Source of the DNA: an uncultured Candidatus Bathyarchaeia archaeon
Lineage (GTDB): Archaea; Thermoproteota; Bathyarchaeia; 40CM-2-53-6
Direction: 5' to 3'
DNA length: 64,000 bases
NCBI GenBank assembly: GCA_964559555.1
Contig: CAZLHM010000002.1
Coordinates: 12,238-76,237, forward strand
Shown: positions 17,218 to 26,530 of the stretch, one piece after another
Numbering within the stretch: position 1 is the stretch's first letter
How the letters are laid out: every line of letters starts with the position of its first letter
Notes under the pieces: generated by a model
Told to the model about the DNA's origin: nothing
Database searches by the model: none
What the model saw: the letters and a program-made list of their open reading frames with translations, nothing else
Position numbers and translations under genes: made by a program

Positions 17218-19503
17218 TTGTCTCGAGTTGAAGCAGTCCAGAAAGTCACAGGTCGACTCACATTCACGGCAGACATGCAACTTTCAGGTATGCTTTATGC
17301 GGCAATTCTTCGAAGCGACAGACCCCACGCGAGAGTTAGGTCGATTGATGCTTCAGACGCTCTCAACCTTACCGGAGTCAAGAACGTAGTTACCTACGAA
17401 GATGCGCCGAACACACGATACAGTCCAATTTTCAACGCGCCATACCCCAAAGCAGACATGGTACCGAGAGACAAGTCGATAATGCGAAGAGAGGTTTGCT
17501 ATGTGGGCGAACCCGTGGCGGCGGTCGCAGCTACAAGCGTGGAGACGGCAGAGGAAGCCGTTAGCAAGATATGCGTCGAGTATGAGGATCTGCCCTACGT
17601 ATTGGATCCTCTTAAGGCCATGGAACCAGGAGCTCCAAAGGTCAGGACTGAACTGCACTACAATGTCGCAGAGGCATGGGGAGCCAAAGACGGAAACCCG
17701 ATGACAATCAGCACCGGGGACATCGAAAAAGGCTTCAAGATGGCCGATGAGGTCTTCGTAGACGAATACCAGACGCAGAGACAGAACCAAGTGCCGTTCG
17801 AACCGCACTGCTGCGTGTCATACTGGGACGAGAAAGGAAAGCTGAACGTGTGGTCTTCAACACAGAGCATTTTCCTTCTTAGAGAGAGGCTCTCAGAAGC
17901 GCTCGCCGTTCCCGTATCGAAGATAAACGTGCACAACTCCTACCTAGGCGGCTCTTTCGGCTCCAAACTGCAGATGAGCGAGGTTGAGCCAATCTGCGCT
18001 CTCCTGTCTAGGAAATCCAAGAAGGCGGTCAAGCTTGTTCTGAAGAGGGACGAGGTATTCGTCACCACGTCCAGACACGATGTCCGCATGACGCTCAGGA
18101 CTGGAGTGAAGAGGGACGGAACCATAACAGGTAGGCACTGCAAGTACGTGCTGAACACTGGCGCATATGCGACTCATGGTCCAAGCGTGGCAATTGTCGG
18201 CGGCCTCTACTTTGACTCAGCCTACAATGCTCCAAACCGTTTGTTCGAGGCCTATGCTGTCTACACCAATACATATTCCCCAGGGGCAATGAGAGGCTAT
18301 GGCGGCATCCAAGCTAGTTTCGGCATCGAGAGTCAGATGGACGATATCGCACATAAGATGGGATTCGACCCGATCGAGTTCAGGTTGAAGAACTCATTCA
18401 AGCTGGGTGACGTGAACCCGCGGACAGGCTACGTGGTGAGATCTTGGGGCCTGGAGGAGGCAGCAAGAAGCGCGGCGAAACGTTTCGGTTGGGACAAGCC
18501 ACCGCAGCAATCCTCTGACCCCAATAGGAGAAGAGGCAGAGGTATGGCCTTCCAAACCATCCGAGGTTCCGGCACAGGCGCCAAGACCACAACCGAACGA
18601 ATAATTGAGCACGGCGGAGCCACAGTCAAGTTCAACGAAGATGGAAGATTCACGGTCGTGACCGCAGCCATCGATATGGGCTGTGGTCAGCACACGGTGT
18701 ACAGGAACATTGCTGCAGACACGCTGGGTGTAGACGCGGACATGATAGATGTCCAGACAGGCGACACTGACACCACCGTATTCGAGGGGCCTATCCATGC
18801 AAGCCGCGGTACATACGTCGTCGGAAGCATAGTGAAAGCCGTCTGTGAGAGGATCAAGGCGCAGGTTCTCGAAGCCGCCTCCACGATGGTTGAAAGGAAC
18901 CCTCAGACCTTGGAGATCTCAGGCAAAGAGATCCGGTCAAGAGAGGATCCCAAGCTGAAGATGACGCTCTCAGAATTGGGTCTCTATGTCAGATTCCACT
19001 TGAACAAGAGCTTGGTCGTGTCCCTAGCGGACGAACCTCCCGACAATCCGCCTCCGTTCGGAGCGCATTTCGCTGAGGTTGAAGTTGATGTTCTTACGGG
19101 GCGAGTGTTTGTGACGAGATATGTGGCGGCACAAGATGTGGGCAAGATCATCTACGGGCCAGGAGCCAAAGGTCAGATTTACGGCGCGATTGCCCAAGGC
19201 ATTGGACTCACTCTCATGGAGGAAGTCAAGTTCGACTCTAGGGGGCAGGTAGTCAATTCGAACTTGACGGACTACAAGATCCCATCCATCGCAGATATGC
19301 CCGAGGCGGAAGCCATACTAGTCGAGACCACTGAACCAAGCGCGGTGGGAGCCAAGAGCGTAAGCGAAGCGTCACTCCATCCAGTTGCTCCAGTGATCGC
19401 CAACGCGCTGAAGGACGCTTTGGGAATAAGATTCAGGTCGCTGCCAATTACGCCAGAGAAGATCTTGAAAGCGATGCATCAAGGCGTGAAGAACTACATT
19501 TGA
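17218..19503 (+). CDS. Xanthine-dehydrogenase-family molybdopterin-binding large subunit
   Basis: KVTG, GGSFGSK, AMRGYG, DMGCG, GQIYGAIAQGIG and KSVSE motifs; lacks the CO-dehydrogenase AYxCSFR loop. Confidence 0.92.
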   Translation: MSRVEAVQKVTGRLTFTADMQLSGMLYAAILRSDRPHARVRSIDASDALNLTGVKNVVTYEDAPNTRYSPIFNAPYPKADMVPRDKSIMRREVCYVGEPVAAVAATSVETAEEAVSKICVEYEDLPYVLDPLKAMEPGAPKVRTELHYNVAEAWGAKDGNPMTISTGDIEKGFKMADEVFVDEYQTQRQNQVPFEPHCCVSYWDEKGKLNVWSSTQSIFLLRERLSEALAVPVSKINVHNSYLGGSFGSKLQMSEVEPICALLSRKSKKAVKLVLKRDEVFVTTSRHDVRMTLRTGVKRDGTITGRHCKYVLNTGAYATHGPSVAIVGGLYFDSAYNAPNRLFEAYAVYTNTYSPGAMRGYGGIQASFGIESQMDDIAHKMGFDPIEFRLKNSFKLGDVNPRTGYVVRSWGLEEAARSAAKRFGWDKPPQQSSDPNRRRGRGMAFQTIRGSGTGAKTTTERIIEHGGATVKFNEDGRFTVVTAAIDMGCGQHTVYRNIAADTLGVDADMIDVQTGDTDTTVFEGPIHASRGTYVVGSIVKAVCERIKAQVLEAASTMVERNPQTLEISGKEIRSREDPKLKMTLSELGLYVRFHLNKSLVVSLADEPPDNPPPFGAHFAEVEVDVLTGRVFVTRYVAAQDVGKIIYGPGAKGQIYGAIAQGIGLTLMEEVKFDSRGQVVNSNLTDYKIPSIADMPEAEAILVETTEPSAVGAKSVSEASLHPVAPVIANALKDALGIRFRSLPITPEKILKAMHQGVKNYI

Positions 19504-19681
19504 GCTGAAAAGTGGTGAGATCCCACAGGGCCACCTCTGAACGCATTCTCTGTCGCCAAGAAAGTTCGGACTTTGCAGCTTTTGCATCGTCGCATTGCGC
19601 TTACTACACATGCTTATACCACCGCACGGTCGTCCATCGACATGTCTAACGTAACGTCTCTGAGCAGGATGGACGCAGCGG

Positions 19682-22384
19682 TTGGAGAAGAGCACCGTCA
19701 AACCCGATCAGGTGGGTCTGCGGTTATCATTCAAGTACGGCACCGCACAGTTCCAAGGTATCGAACGTCGTGAGGTAAGAAAGGAACCATTCCCCCGAAC
19801 TCGAAAGATGCGAGACCTCTACTTCGAGACGAAGTCCTCCGCCAGCGTTGAATTCCCTTATTGGTACACGAGACGATGGAACCAACTCGAAGGGGAGATC
19901 CCGATCATACGAAGGGCAGAAGCTCTTCGACACGCCTTCTCGCATCTGACCCCTACGATATTTCCCGGCGAACTCTTGGTCATGGGAAGGACATTGTACC
20001 TGAGGGGATCCTACCCGATGCCATGGGTCTCCCAGAGTTTCATTCTGGAGACCGGGAAACGATACGAGGAAGCGAAGCAACGCGGACTTGCTGGCGAAGA
20101 TGTGGTGAAGGTGGCGAAAGGAGGAGGCAACGTCACCCAAGCCATAGGCAACGTGATCTCAGTTGCGGGAAAATTCGGATTGAGGAAGGAAGAGTACCCC
20201 ATACTCAAAGAGGTTACGACCTCATGGGACGGGAAGTCAGTCGAGGACCTCTCGCTGAAGTACGAAAGGATGGTGCCAAACTACGAGACCAAGGAAGCCA
20301 TCATGCGCAGTCTCGTGTGCATGTATGATTCCGGTTATACTCTACCGCAAGGGAGAGAGGTCATCAGCTACTATCATCCGCTCCAATCAGGCATCGATGG
20401 CATGATCCAGTACTGCCATGGACAGATCGAACGGGTGGCGGGGGATCCTGGTACCGATGGAGTCAACGGCATGGATAGGCTGTACTTCTACAGGGCGGCG
20501 GCTACTGTCCTTGAAGGGATCAAGACATGGGTTCTCAACTACGCGAGTGAGGCAAGGCGACTAGCGAGCACAGAGACGGACCTCGACCAGAAGAACGAGT
20601 ATGAGGAGATCGCAAGTACACTCGAGTGGGTCTCGTCAAAGCAGCCTAGGATTTTCCGTGAGGCCCTCCAGCTTGCCTGGGTCTTCCATCTCGCAGTTCT
20701 CGCGGAAGACAACTTCTCAGGCCTTGCTCCAGGACGGCTGGGGCAGATTCTGTATCCTTGGTGGAAGCAGGACATGGAGAGTGGGTTACTCGACAGAAAA
20801 AAGACTCTGGAACTGCTCGAATGTATTCGAATGAAATTCACTGAGATTGATCTGTTCGGTCCAAAGATGGTGATAGAGGGAATCCAGTCAGGGAGCACAT
20901 TCAACAACGTAAGCCTAGGCGGATTAACGAGAGAAGGCGAGAGTGCAGCAAACGAACTTGAGATGCTTATGATCGAAGCTGGAATGACTTGTGAGACTCC
21001 TCAGCCAACCATGACGATACTCTATGACGAAAGGCTTCCAGAGGAGTATCTGCTCAAGGCTGTCGAGTGCAACAAGACAGGCACTGGGTACCCAGCATGG
21101 GTCAATAACAACGTAGCCATGGAATTCCTCCTCAAGAACTATGGCCCCGAAGGCATGACACTGGACGATGCAAGAGCTGTGGCAATAGGTGGCTGTCTAC
21201 AGACTGCAGCCTGCGCATGGGCTGAGCTCAAGCTGAACGGAAAGAAGTACGTGATCCCACGTGGAGGAGCAGCTCCAGCCACAGACGTAGGAGTCCACTT
21301 TCTCAACCTTCCGAAAGTGCTAGAGCTAGTGCTCTTTGACGGACTGGACCAGAGAACGGGTCAAAGAGTGCTGCCGTCTCACGGATCAAAGCTCGAGACC
21401 TACGGCGAGCTCTGGGAGACCTACAAGAAATACTTCAGAGAGGTCGTAGGCATTCTCATTCGATGCAACAACGTTCAACACGATGTCTGGAGGAAGGTCA
21501 CGCCCTCGGTCGTGAACTCCATGCTGAAGCCCGACTGTCTCGAGAAGGGAATGCAGATCGGAATGATGGGTTCTCGATACAATGCGAACTTCAGCGTCAA
21601 CATCTGTGGTGGCATCAACCTAGTGAATTCTCTCGCATCGCTGAAGTTCAATGTGTACGACAACAAGAAGATCACGCTTGAAGAGCTGAAGGAAGCACTT
21701 CGACACAACTTCGGGTTCAAGAAAGCTGAAGAGGTCGGCTCCTACTCGCTGATGGACCAAGTCAGACTCTCCCACAGTTGGGACAGGGTTCACCACCTGT
21801 GCATGAACGCACCGAAATATGGAAACGATGAGCCATATGCCGATGACATCTTGAGGGAATGGGAGGAATTCTACTGCTCTGTTGTGCGCGAATACAAGTC
21901 ACTATTCGCCAAGCCATTGTACGCGCTTCAGCTATCAGTATCCACTCATGGGCCCATGGGTGCGGTGAACATAGCGACTCCTGATGGGCGTCTGCATGGC
22001 ACTACGTTGGCGGACGCATCGGTTTCCGCCTATCCTGGCACAGACCTGAATGGCCCATATGCCTTGTTCAATTCCGCGACTTGCTTCGATCACTCCAACT
22101 CCCAGTGCACACAGATGAACCTCAAGATACACCCATCAGCGATCAAGGGAAGGGAAGGCAGCAGGAAACTCCTGGAACTGATTCGCTCCTATATGCGGAA
22201 GGGTGGCTTCCACATTCAGTTCAACATAGTCGACTCCAACATGCTAAGAGAGGCTCAAGCGCATCCTGAGAAGTATCGGGACCTGCTCGTCAGAGTTGCA
22301 GGTTTCACTCACTACTGGGTGGAGCTTCCGAAGCCAATACAAGATGAGATCATCGCCAGAACCGAGTACGAGGAGCTGACCTAG
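19682..22384 (+). CDS. Glycyl-radical enzyme, 4-hydroxyphenylacetate-decarboxylase-like large subunit (variant active site)
   Basis: RVAGF glycyl motif (Gly874) and GGCLQ Cys loop (Cys505). HpdB-like segments EFPYWY, GGGNV..SVAGKFG, PQGRE, PGRLGQ and SVSTHGPMG. Confidence 0.9.
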   Translation: MEKSTVKPDQVGLRLSFKYGTAQFQGIERREVRKEPFPRTRKMRDLYFETKSSASVEFPYWYTRRWNQLEGEIPIIRRAEALRHAFSHLTPTIFPGELLVMGRTLYLRGSYPMPWVSQSFILETGKRYEEAKQRGLAGEDVVKVAKGGGNVTQAIGNVISVAGKFGLRKEEYPILKEVTTSWDGKSVEDLSLKYERMVPNYETKEAIMRSLVCMYDSGYTLPQGREVISYYHPLQSGIDGMIQYCHGQIERVAGDPGTDGVNGMDRLYFYRAAATVLEGIKTWVLNYASEARRLASTETDLDQKNEYEEIASTLEWVSSKQPRIFREALQLAWVFHLAVLAEDNFSGLAPGRLGQILYPWWKQDMESGLLDRKKTLELLECIRMKFTEIDLFGPKMVIEGIQSGSTFNNVSLGGLTREGESAANELEMLMIEAGMTCETPQPTMTILYDERLPEEYLLKAVECNKTGTGYPAWVNNNVAMEFLLKNYGPEGMTLDDARAVAIGGCLQTAACAWAELKLNGKKYVIPRGGAAPATDVGVHFLNLPKVLELVLFDGLDQRTGQRVLPSHGSKLETYGELWETYKKYFREVVGILIRCNNVQHDVWRKVTPSVVNSMLKPDCLEKGMQIGMMGSRYNANFSVNICGGINLVNSLASLKFNVYDNKKITLEELKEALRHNFGFKKAEEVGSYSLMDQVRLSHSWDRVHHLCMNAPKYGNDEPYADDILREWEEFYCSVVREYKSLFAKPLYALQLSVSTHGPMGAVNIATPDGRLHGTTLADASVSAYPGTDLNGPYALFNSATCFDHSNSQCTQMNLKIHPSAIKGREGSRKLLELIRSYMRKGGFHIQFNIVDSNMLREAQAHPEKYRDLLVRVAGFTHYWVELPKPIQDEIIARTEYEELT

Positions 22385-22669
22385 ATGCTTGCGCAGGTCA
22401 TCGTTAGGCGATGTGCCGACTGCGAGCACTTCATTCCCGTCGACGTTTTCAAGGGACTCTGCCAAGTGTCAAAGAAGACAGTACTGACTGATGATCCGCC
22501 CTGCAAGGACTGCACACCTGCCAAGAAGTGCAAGTTCTGCAAGCACTACTCGCCAAGAGACGAGCATCTCGGCATGTGCAAGGCGAAGGAGATCACCTAC
22601 CCGGAACTAGCGACCAAAACCTGCGAAATGTTCGGGTGGAGTTCTGACCTACCAACCGGCCGGAACTAA
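22385..22669 (+). CDS. HpdC-like small Fe-S subunit of the decarboxylase
   Basis: Duplicated Cys domains Cx2Cx12Cx13C and Cx2Cx12Cx14C, with PVDVFKGLC; lies between the large subunit and the activase. Confidence 0.88.
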   Translation: MLAQVIVRRCADCEHFIPVDVFKGLCQVSKKTVLTDDPPCKDCTPAKKCKFCKHYSPRDEHLGMCKAKEITYPELATKTCEMFGWSSDLPTGRN

Positions 22670-22758
22670 CCCATGCCTTGCTATCCGTCTCCTCTTCGAC
22701 AAAGTACGATCGTGTATATCAACACAATTCCATCGCCTGAACGGAGGGCAGACTTCAT

Positions 22759-23730
22759 GTGCAAAGCGTAGCAATGTCGTCGACGCAGAAACCAGAATCC
22801 TTGAAGGGACTGATATTTGACGTGCAGGGCTTCTCGGTTCACGATGGGCCGGGTTGCAGGACTCTAGTTTTCATGAAGGGATGCCCTCTAACCTGCAAAT
22901 GGTGCTGCAACCCCGAGGGCCAAGAACAGAAACTGCAACTGATGTACAGTCAGAGAAGATGCAGAAAGGAGACGTACGGCTGCGTAACGGCCTGTCCCGA
23001 GATGGCGATATCAGTCAATGAGGCTGGCGAATATCCCACCTTTGATCGGTCAAAATGCACGAGATGTCGGCACTTTGGCTGTGCCAATGGCTGCTATAAC
23101 GGAGCGCTCAGGGTAGTCGGGCGCTACGTCACTGTTCAAGAACTGATGAATACTGTTCGACGTGATCGAGCTTATTGGGGTAGCGGAGGTGGGGTGACAT
23201 TGGGCGGAGGGGAACCCCTCGCGCAAGCAGAGTTCACTCTCGCACTTCTGAAAGAGCTTCACGAGGCATACGTTCACACCGCGATTGAAACGTGTGCTCA
23301 GGTTCCTTGGAACAACCTGATGCGAGCGCTCGACTACTTGGACTGGATCTTCGTGGACATAAAACACATGGACACTGACAGGCACAGGCAAGAAACAGGC
23401 GTCGGGAATGAACTGATCTTGGAGAACATCAAGCGTATTTCCTTGTCGGAGAAATCACCGCGAATGATCCCTAGGATGCCCATAGTGCCAGGATTCAACG
23501 ATTCCGACAGCAATGTTCTGGCCACAGCAGCCTTTCTCAACAAGATAGGGAAGAATGAAGTGAACCTTCTCCCGTTCCATCGCCTAGGTGTGTCCAAGTA
23601 CGAGCAGCTTGGTCTGGACTATGCCTATAAGGACACCAACCCACCGACTGCCGAGAAGATCGACCACATCGCAGGGCTCTTCGAGAAGAGGGGTATCAAA
23701 TGCTACGCTGGAAGCGATACCCCGTTCTAG
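22759..23730 (+). CDS. Glycyl-radical activating enzyme (HpdA-like radical SAM with ferredoxin insert)
   Basis: FSVHDGPGCRT, GCPLTCKWCCNPE, Cys-rich insert, GGVTLGGGEP and LLPFHRLG. Start could be ATG 22774. Confidence 0.93.
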   Translation: MQSVAMSSTQKPESLKGLIFDVQGFSVHDGPGCRTLVFMKGCPLTCKWCCNPEGQEQKLQLMYSQRRCRKETYGCVTACPEMAISVNEAGEYPTFDRSKCTRCRHFGCANGCYNGALRVVGRYVTVQELMNTVRRDRAYWGSGGGVTLGGGEPLAQAEFTLALLKELHEAYVHTAIETCAQVPWNNLMRALDYLDWIFVDIKHMDTDRHRQETGVGNELILENIKRISLSEKSPRMIPRMPIVPGFNDSDSNVLATAAFLNKIGKNEVNLLPFHRLGVSKYEQLGLDYAYKDTNPPTAEKIDHIAGLFEKRGIKCYAGSDTPF

Positions 23731-23749
23731 TAGGCAAATCTGTCATCTT

Positions 23750-24580
23750 CTAGATCGATGAAGATTCTGACCAGAGTTTTTCGAATTCATTGCACAGCGC
23801 TCGGATCAAATCGGCGCTGTTTGACCATAGAGCCACAGATTGGTCGGCATACTTCGGAGGAGGAGCCATCTTGACGATGAGATGCTTCCTGTCAGCGATG
23901 AAGTACCTCAGCATGGTCAGCGTGTTAGAATGATTACGGATCTCTAGGCTCTTAGGTATCTCAGAACGCACACTGATTGGGACTTCGCGAATTTCGGTGA
24001 GTATCTTCACCTCGATTCCACTTTTCTTCGCCTTGTCTCCCATGGCGTCTATAAGGCCGAGGTTACGCGTGAGGAGAAACCCATCGGAAGATGTGACCTG
24101 CAAGATTTCTTTTCTCGATTGGCCGATCAGCCTTTCCTGTTGCCTGTAGACGTGTCTTCCAACAAGCAGCCTCGCAAAGATCTGCTGCTGACCGGTACTT
24201 GCTAGAGGGCGGTCTGCCATCTGCTCCTGATCCTGCACACTCGCGCGAGACGTGTAGCTCCTAATCCGGTCCAGCTGTTCTTCCTGCCTCGCGATGAGTA
24301 TATCCACGGCTTCGTCAAGTACGACAGACTTGACTTTTGTCACGTCTCCGAGAATGAGTTCAATCAGTCCGAAATCCTTCAGATGTTTCACAATCCGGTA
24401 GGCGTTGGCACGATGTATTCCTGATTTCTTGGCGAGATCCGGAATCGTAGAGGGGCCCTCGTGGAGTAGAATCTCATACACACTTCTCTGATTCTTGGTC
24501 AATCCAAGTCTTACTAGGAGCTCTGTAGCGCGAGTGTCATCAGAGCCGAGGTGTCCTAGGGATGGATGCAAGTCTGACAA
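23750..24580 (-). CDS. TrmB-family transcriptional regulator
   Basis: LGLTKNQRSVY...SGIHRANAYRIVKHLKDFGLI wHTH plus C-terminal effector domain (IADRK...FEKLW). Confidence 0.85.
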   Translation of the reverse strand: MSDLHPSLGHLGSDDTRATELLVRLGLTKNQRSVYEILLHEGPSTIPDLAKKSGIHRANAYRIVKHLKDFGLIELILGDVTKVKSVVLDEAVDILIARQEEQLDRIRSYTSRASVQDQEQMADRPLASTGQQQIFARLLVGRHVYRQQERLIGQSRKEILQVTSSDGFLLTRNLGLIDAMGDKAKKSGIEVKILTEIREVPISVRSEIPKSLEIRNHSNTLTMLRYFIADRKHLIVKMAPPPKYADQSVALWSNSADLIRALCNEFEKLWSESSSI

Positions 24581-24775
24581 GATCGAACTCTCATCGCTGA
24601 ATTAAAAGCTATGTCAGGACGAGAACGTTCCGCTTCGATGTTGTCGCCTGCGGGATCGACTCGGACATGAATGGTCTGTTGATCGATATTGAGAATCCGC
24701 CAAGCATCTTTATACATCTTGGAGGCAGTTGCGGCTGTCGTACGAAGAATCGTGTACTACGGGGAGACGTTGTGC

Positions 24776-25357
24776 GTGAAGCCTAGTGCGAAGAGCAGAT
24801 CCGCCATCGTCGTCATCAACATGCTGAAGGACATGATTGAAAGAGGGAAGCCTTTCCCAATGCCACCGGAATTCAAGCAAACCGTTGTACCCAAGATCGC
24901 TCTACTGATACAAAATGCAAGGAAGGCGGGAATTCCTGTGATCTATGTCTGCGATGCGCATAGAGCAGACGACCCAGAGTTCTCGGACTTCCCCGCAGGA
25001 GCAGAACATTGTGTCAAGGGATCTGGTCGGGAGCAGGTGATCGATGAGGTGAAGCCTCTTTCAGGCGACTATATTGTTGAGAAGAGGCGTTTCAGCGGGT
25101 TCTTTGGAACAGATCTGGATATTCTGCTGTCGGAGCTGGGCGTGGACACACTATTCTTCGCTGGAAGGCCGACCAATGTGTGCGTGTTGTATACGGTTGC
25201 TGATGCATTTCAGAGAGGATACTCGGTAGTCGCCGTTGAGGACTGCCTCTACAGCAGAACGAAAGAGTATCACCAGTCCGGTCTAGATGCGATGATCTTC
25301 GCCCGCAAGACCACGCTTGATGGTTTCCTCAGGGAATACAGAGGTGCTGAAAAATGA
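24776..25357 (+). CDS. Isochorismatase/nicotinamidase-like cysteine hydrolase A
   Basis: DAH...EHC, KRRFSGFFGTDL and TNVCVLYT. Start reassigned to GTG 24776 (TTG 24770 is an alternative). Confidence 0.85.
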   Translation: MKPSAKSRSAIVVINMLKDMIERGKPFPMPPEFKQTVVPKIALLIQNARKAGIPVIYVCDAHRADDPEFSDFPAGAEHCVKGSGREQVIDEVKPLSGDYIVEKRRFSGFFGTDLDILLSELGVDTLFFAGRPTNVCVLYTVADAFQRGYSVVAVEDCLYSRTKEYHQSGLDAMIFARKTTLDGFLREYRGAEK

Positions 25358-25884
25358 GACAGGCTCTGTTGGTCATTGATTTGAACAAGGATCACATTTA
25401 CCGGAACAAGCCCTTCAACGCGGACCGACTAAGGACGAAGATGCCGAACATTGTCAAGGCAATAGAATACGCAAGACATCACGAGATGCCTGTAGTTCAT
25501 GTGACATGTACCCATACGGACAAAGACGCGATATTCTCGACGGGTTGGTGTAGACCTCACGCAATTGAGGGGACTCAGGGCGCGGACATCGTAGACGAGG
25601 TCAAGCCAAAGAGTGAAGACTACGTGGTTCACAAGAGGCGTTTAAGCGGCTTCTATGGAACCGACCTAGACCTCTACCTCAGAGAGCTAGGGATAGAGAG
25701 CGTCATGCTGGTCGGGGGACAGACGCACATGTCCATCCGATACACAGCCGTAGATGCATATCAACTCAGGTATAGACCAGTCATCCTACGAGACTGCGTG
25801 GACAGCTGCTCACAAGAATTCAACGATAGGACTCTGAACGAGTTGTTCTTCTGCAGGATATCAAGCTTGGGCGAAATCACATAA
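25354..25884 (+). CDS. Isochorismatase-family hydrolase B
   Basis: LLVIDLNKD, KRRLSGFYGTDL and THMSIRYT; ATGA-coupled to A. Confidence 0.85.
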   Translation: MRQALLVIDLNKDHIYRNKPFNADRLRTKMPNIVKAIEYARHHEMPVVHVTCTHTDKDAIFSTGWCRPHAIEGTQGADIVDEVKPKSEDYVVHKRRLSGFYGTDLDLYLRELGIESVMLVGGQTHMSIRYTAVDAYQLRYRPVILRDCVDSCSQEFNDRTLNELFFCRISSLGEIT

Positions 25885-25918
25885 CCCTGAAACGTGGTCT
25901 TGGGAGGCAGACTAAGAC

Positions 25919-26428
25919 TTGACCGACGAACAATCGTCGATATTCGTTGACGGCAGATTCATCGGAGGAAGTTTCAGCGCCACCCGCAGGGTCAGCAACG
26001 CCCCCCATGGAGGCAATAGACTTCACGGACACACGTACGAAATCTCCGTAAGGTTGACACGGAAAAAGGCATCAGAGCAGAAACTGATTTTTCCATTCGA
26101 GGAACTTGCGGCGATTATGAAAAGCGTTTGTGAAGAGCTGAACAACAAGGTGTTGCTCGCCTCAGGAGGCGAGAATGTCTACAAAGAGAACTCCATCACA
26201 ATCGAGTACGTGTCCGCCGACAACAAGAGGTATCTTCTCCCAGTTGAGGACGTTAAACTCCTGCCACTGGAGGAAGTCACCATAGAGGCTCTCGCATTCT
26301 GGATCGGAGCACAGACCGCAACTAGGCTCAAGGAATATCGCGATTTCTCCGGCAACATCGCACAGATGGAGATTACGCTCTACGAGGGTCGGCAAAGAGG
26401 TTGTACAATAGCTGTTCCAATGACATGA
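25919..26428 (+). CDS. QueD/6-pyruvoyl-tetrahydropterin-synthase-like tunnel-fold protein (atypical)
   Basis: RLHGHTYEISV, TIEALA and YEG motifs. Confidence 0.75.
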   Translation: MTDEQSSIFVDGRFIGGSFSATRRVSNAPHGGNRLHGHTYEISVRLTRKKASEQKLIFPFEELAAIMKSVCEELNNKVLLASGGENVYKENSITIEYVSADNKRYLLPVEDVKLLPLEEVTIEALAFWIGAQTATRLKEYRDFSGNIAQMEITLYEGRQRGCTIAVPMT

Positions 26429-26530
26429 AGCGCCTTCTGGGCGAGTTCATGCTTGTTCCCGCGAGGATGCAAGATGTCCCAAGGCACAGCGTAGCAATTG
26501 ATGAATAGAACACACTGACAATCGTCTACG

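Noticed and set aside
17195..17220. Frameshift at the Mo-hydroxylase large-subunit start (ATG ACG ACG AAG in another frame)
   Set aside because: TTG 17218 already includes the conserved RVEA..KVTG; the evidence for a longer N-terminus is too weak.
17218..19503. Aerobic CO dehydrogenase (coxL)
   Set aside because: The active-site loop is AMRGYG, not AYxCSFR.
19682..22384. Pyruvate formate-lyase, or plain hpdB assignment
   Set aside because: It has a single active-site Cys and a small Fe-S subunit, so it is not PFL. The gene symbol is withheld because both catalytic glutamates appear substituted.
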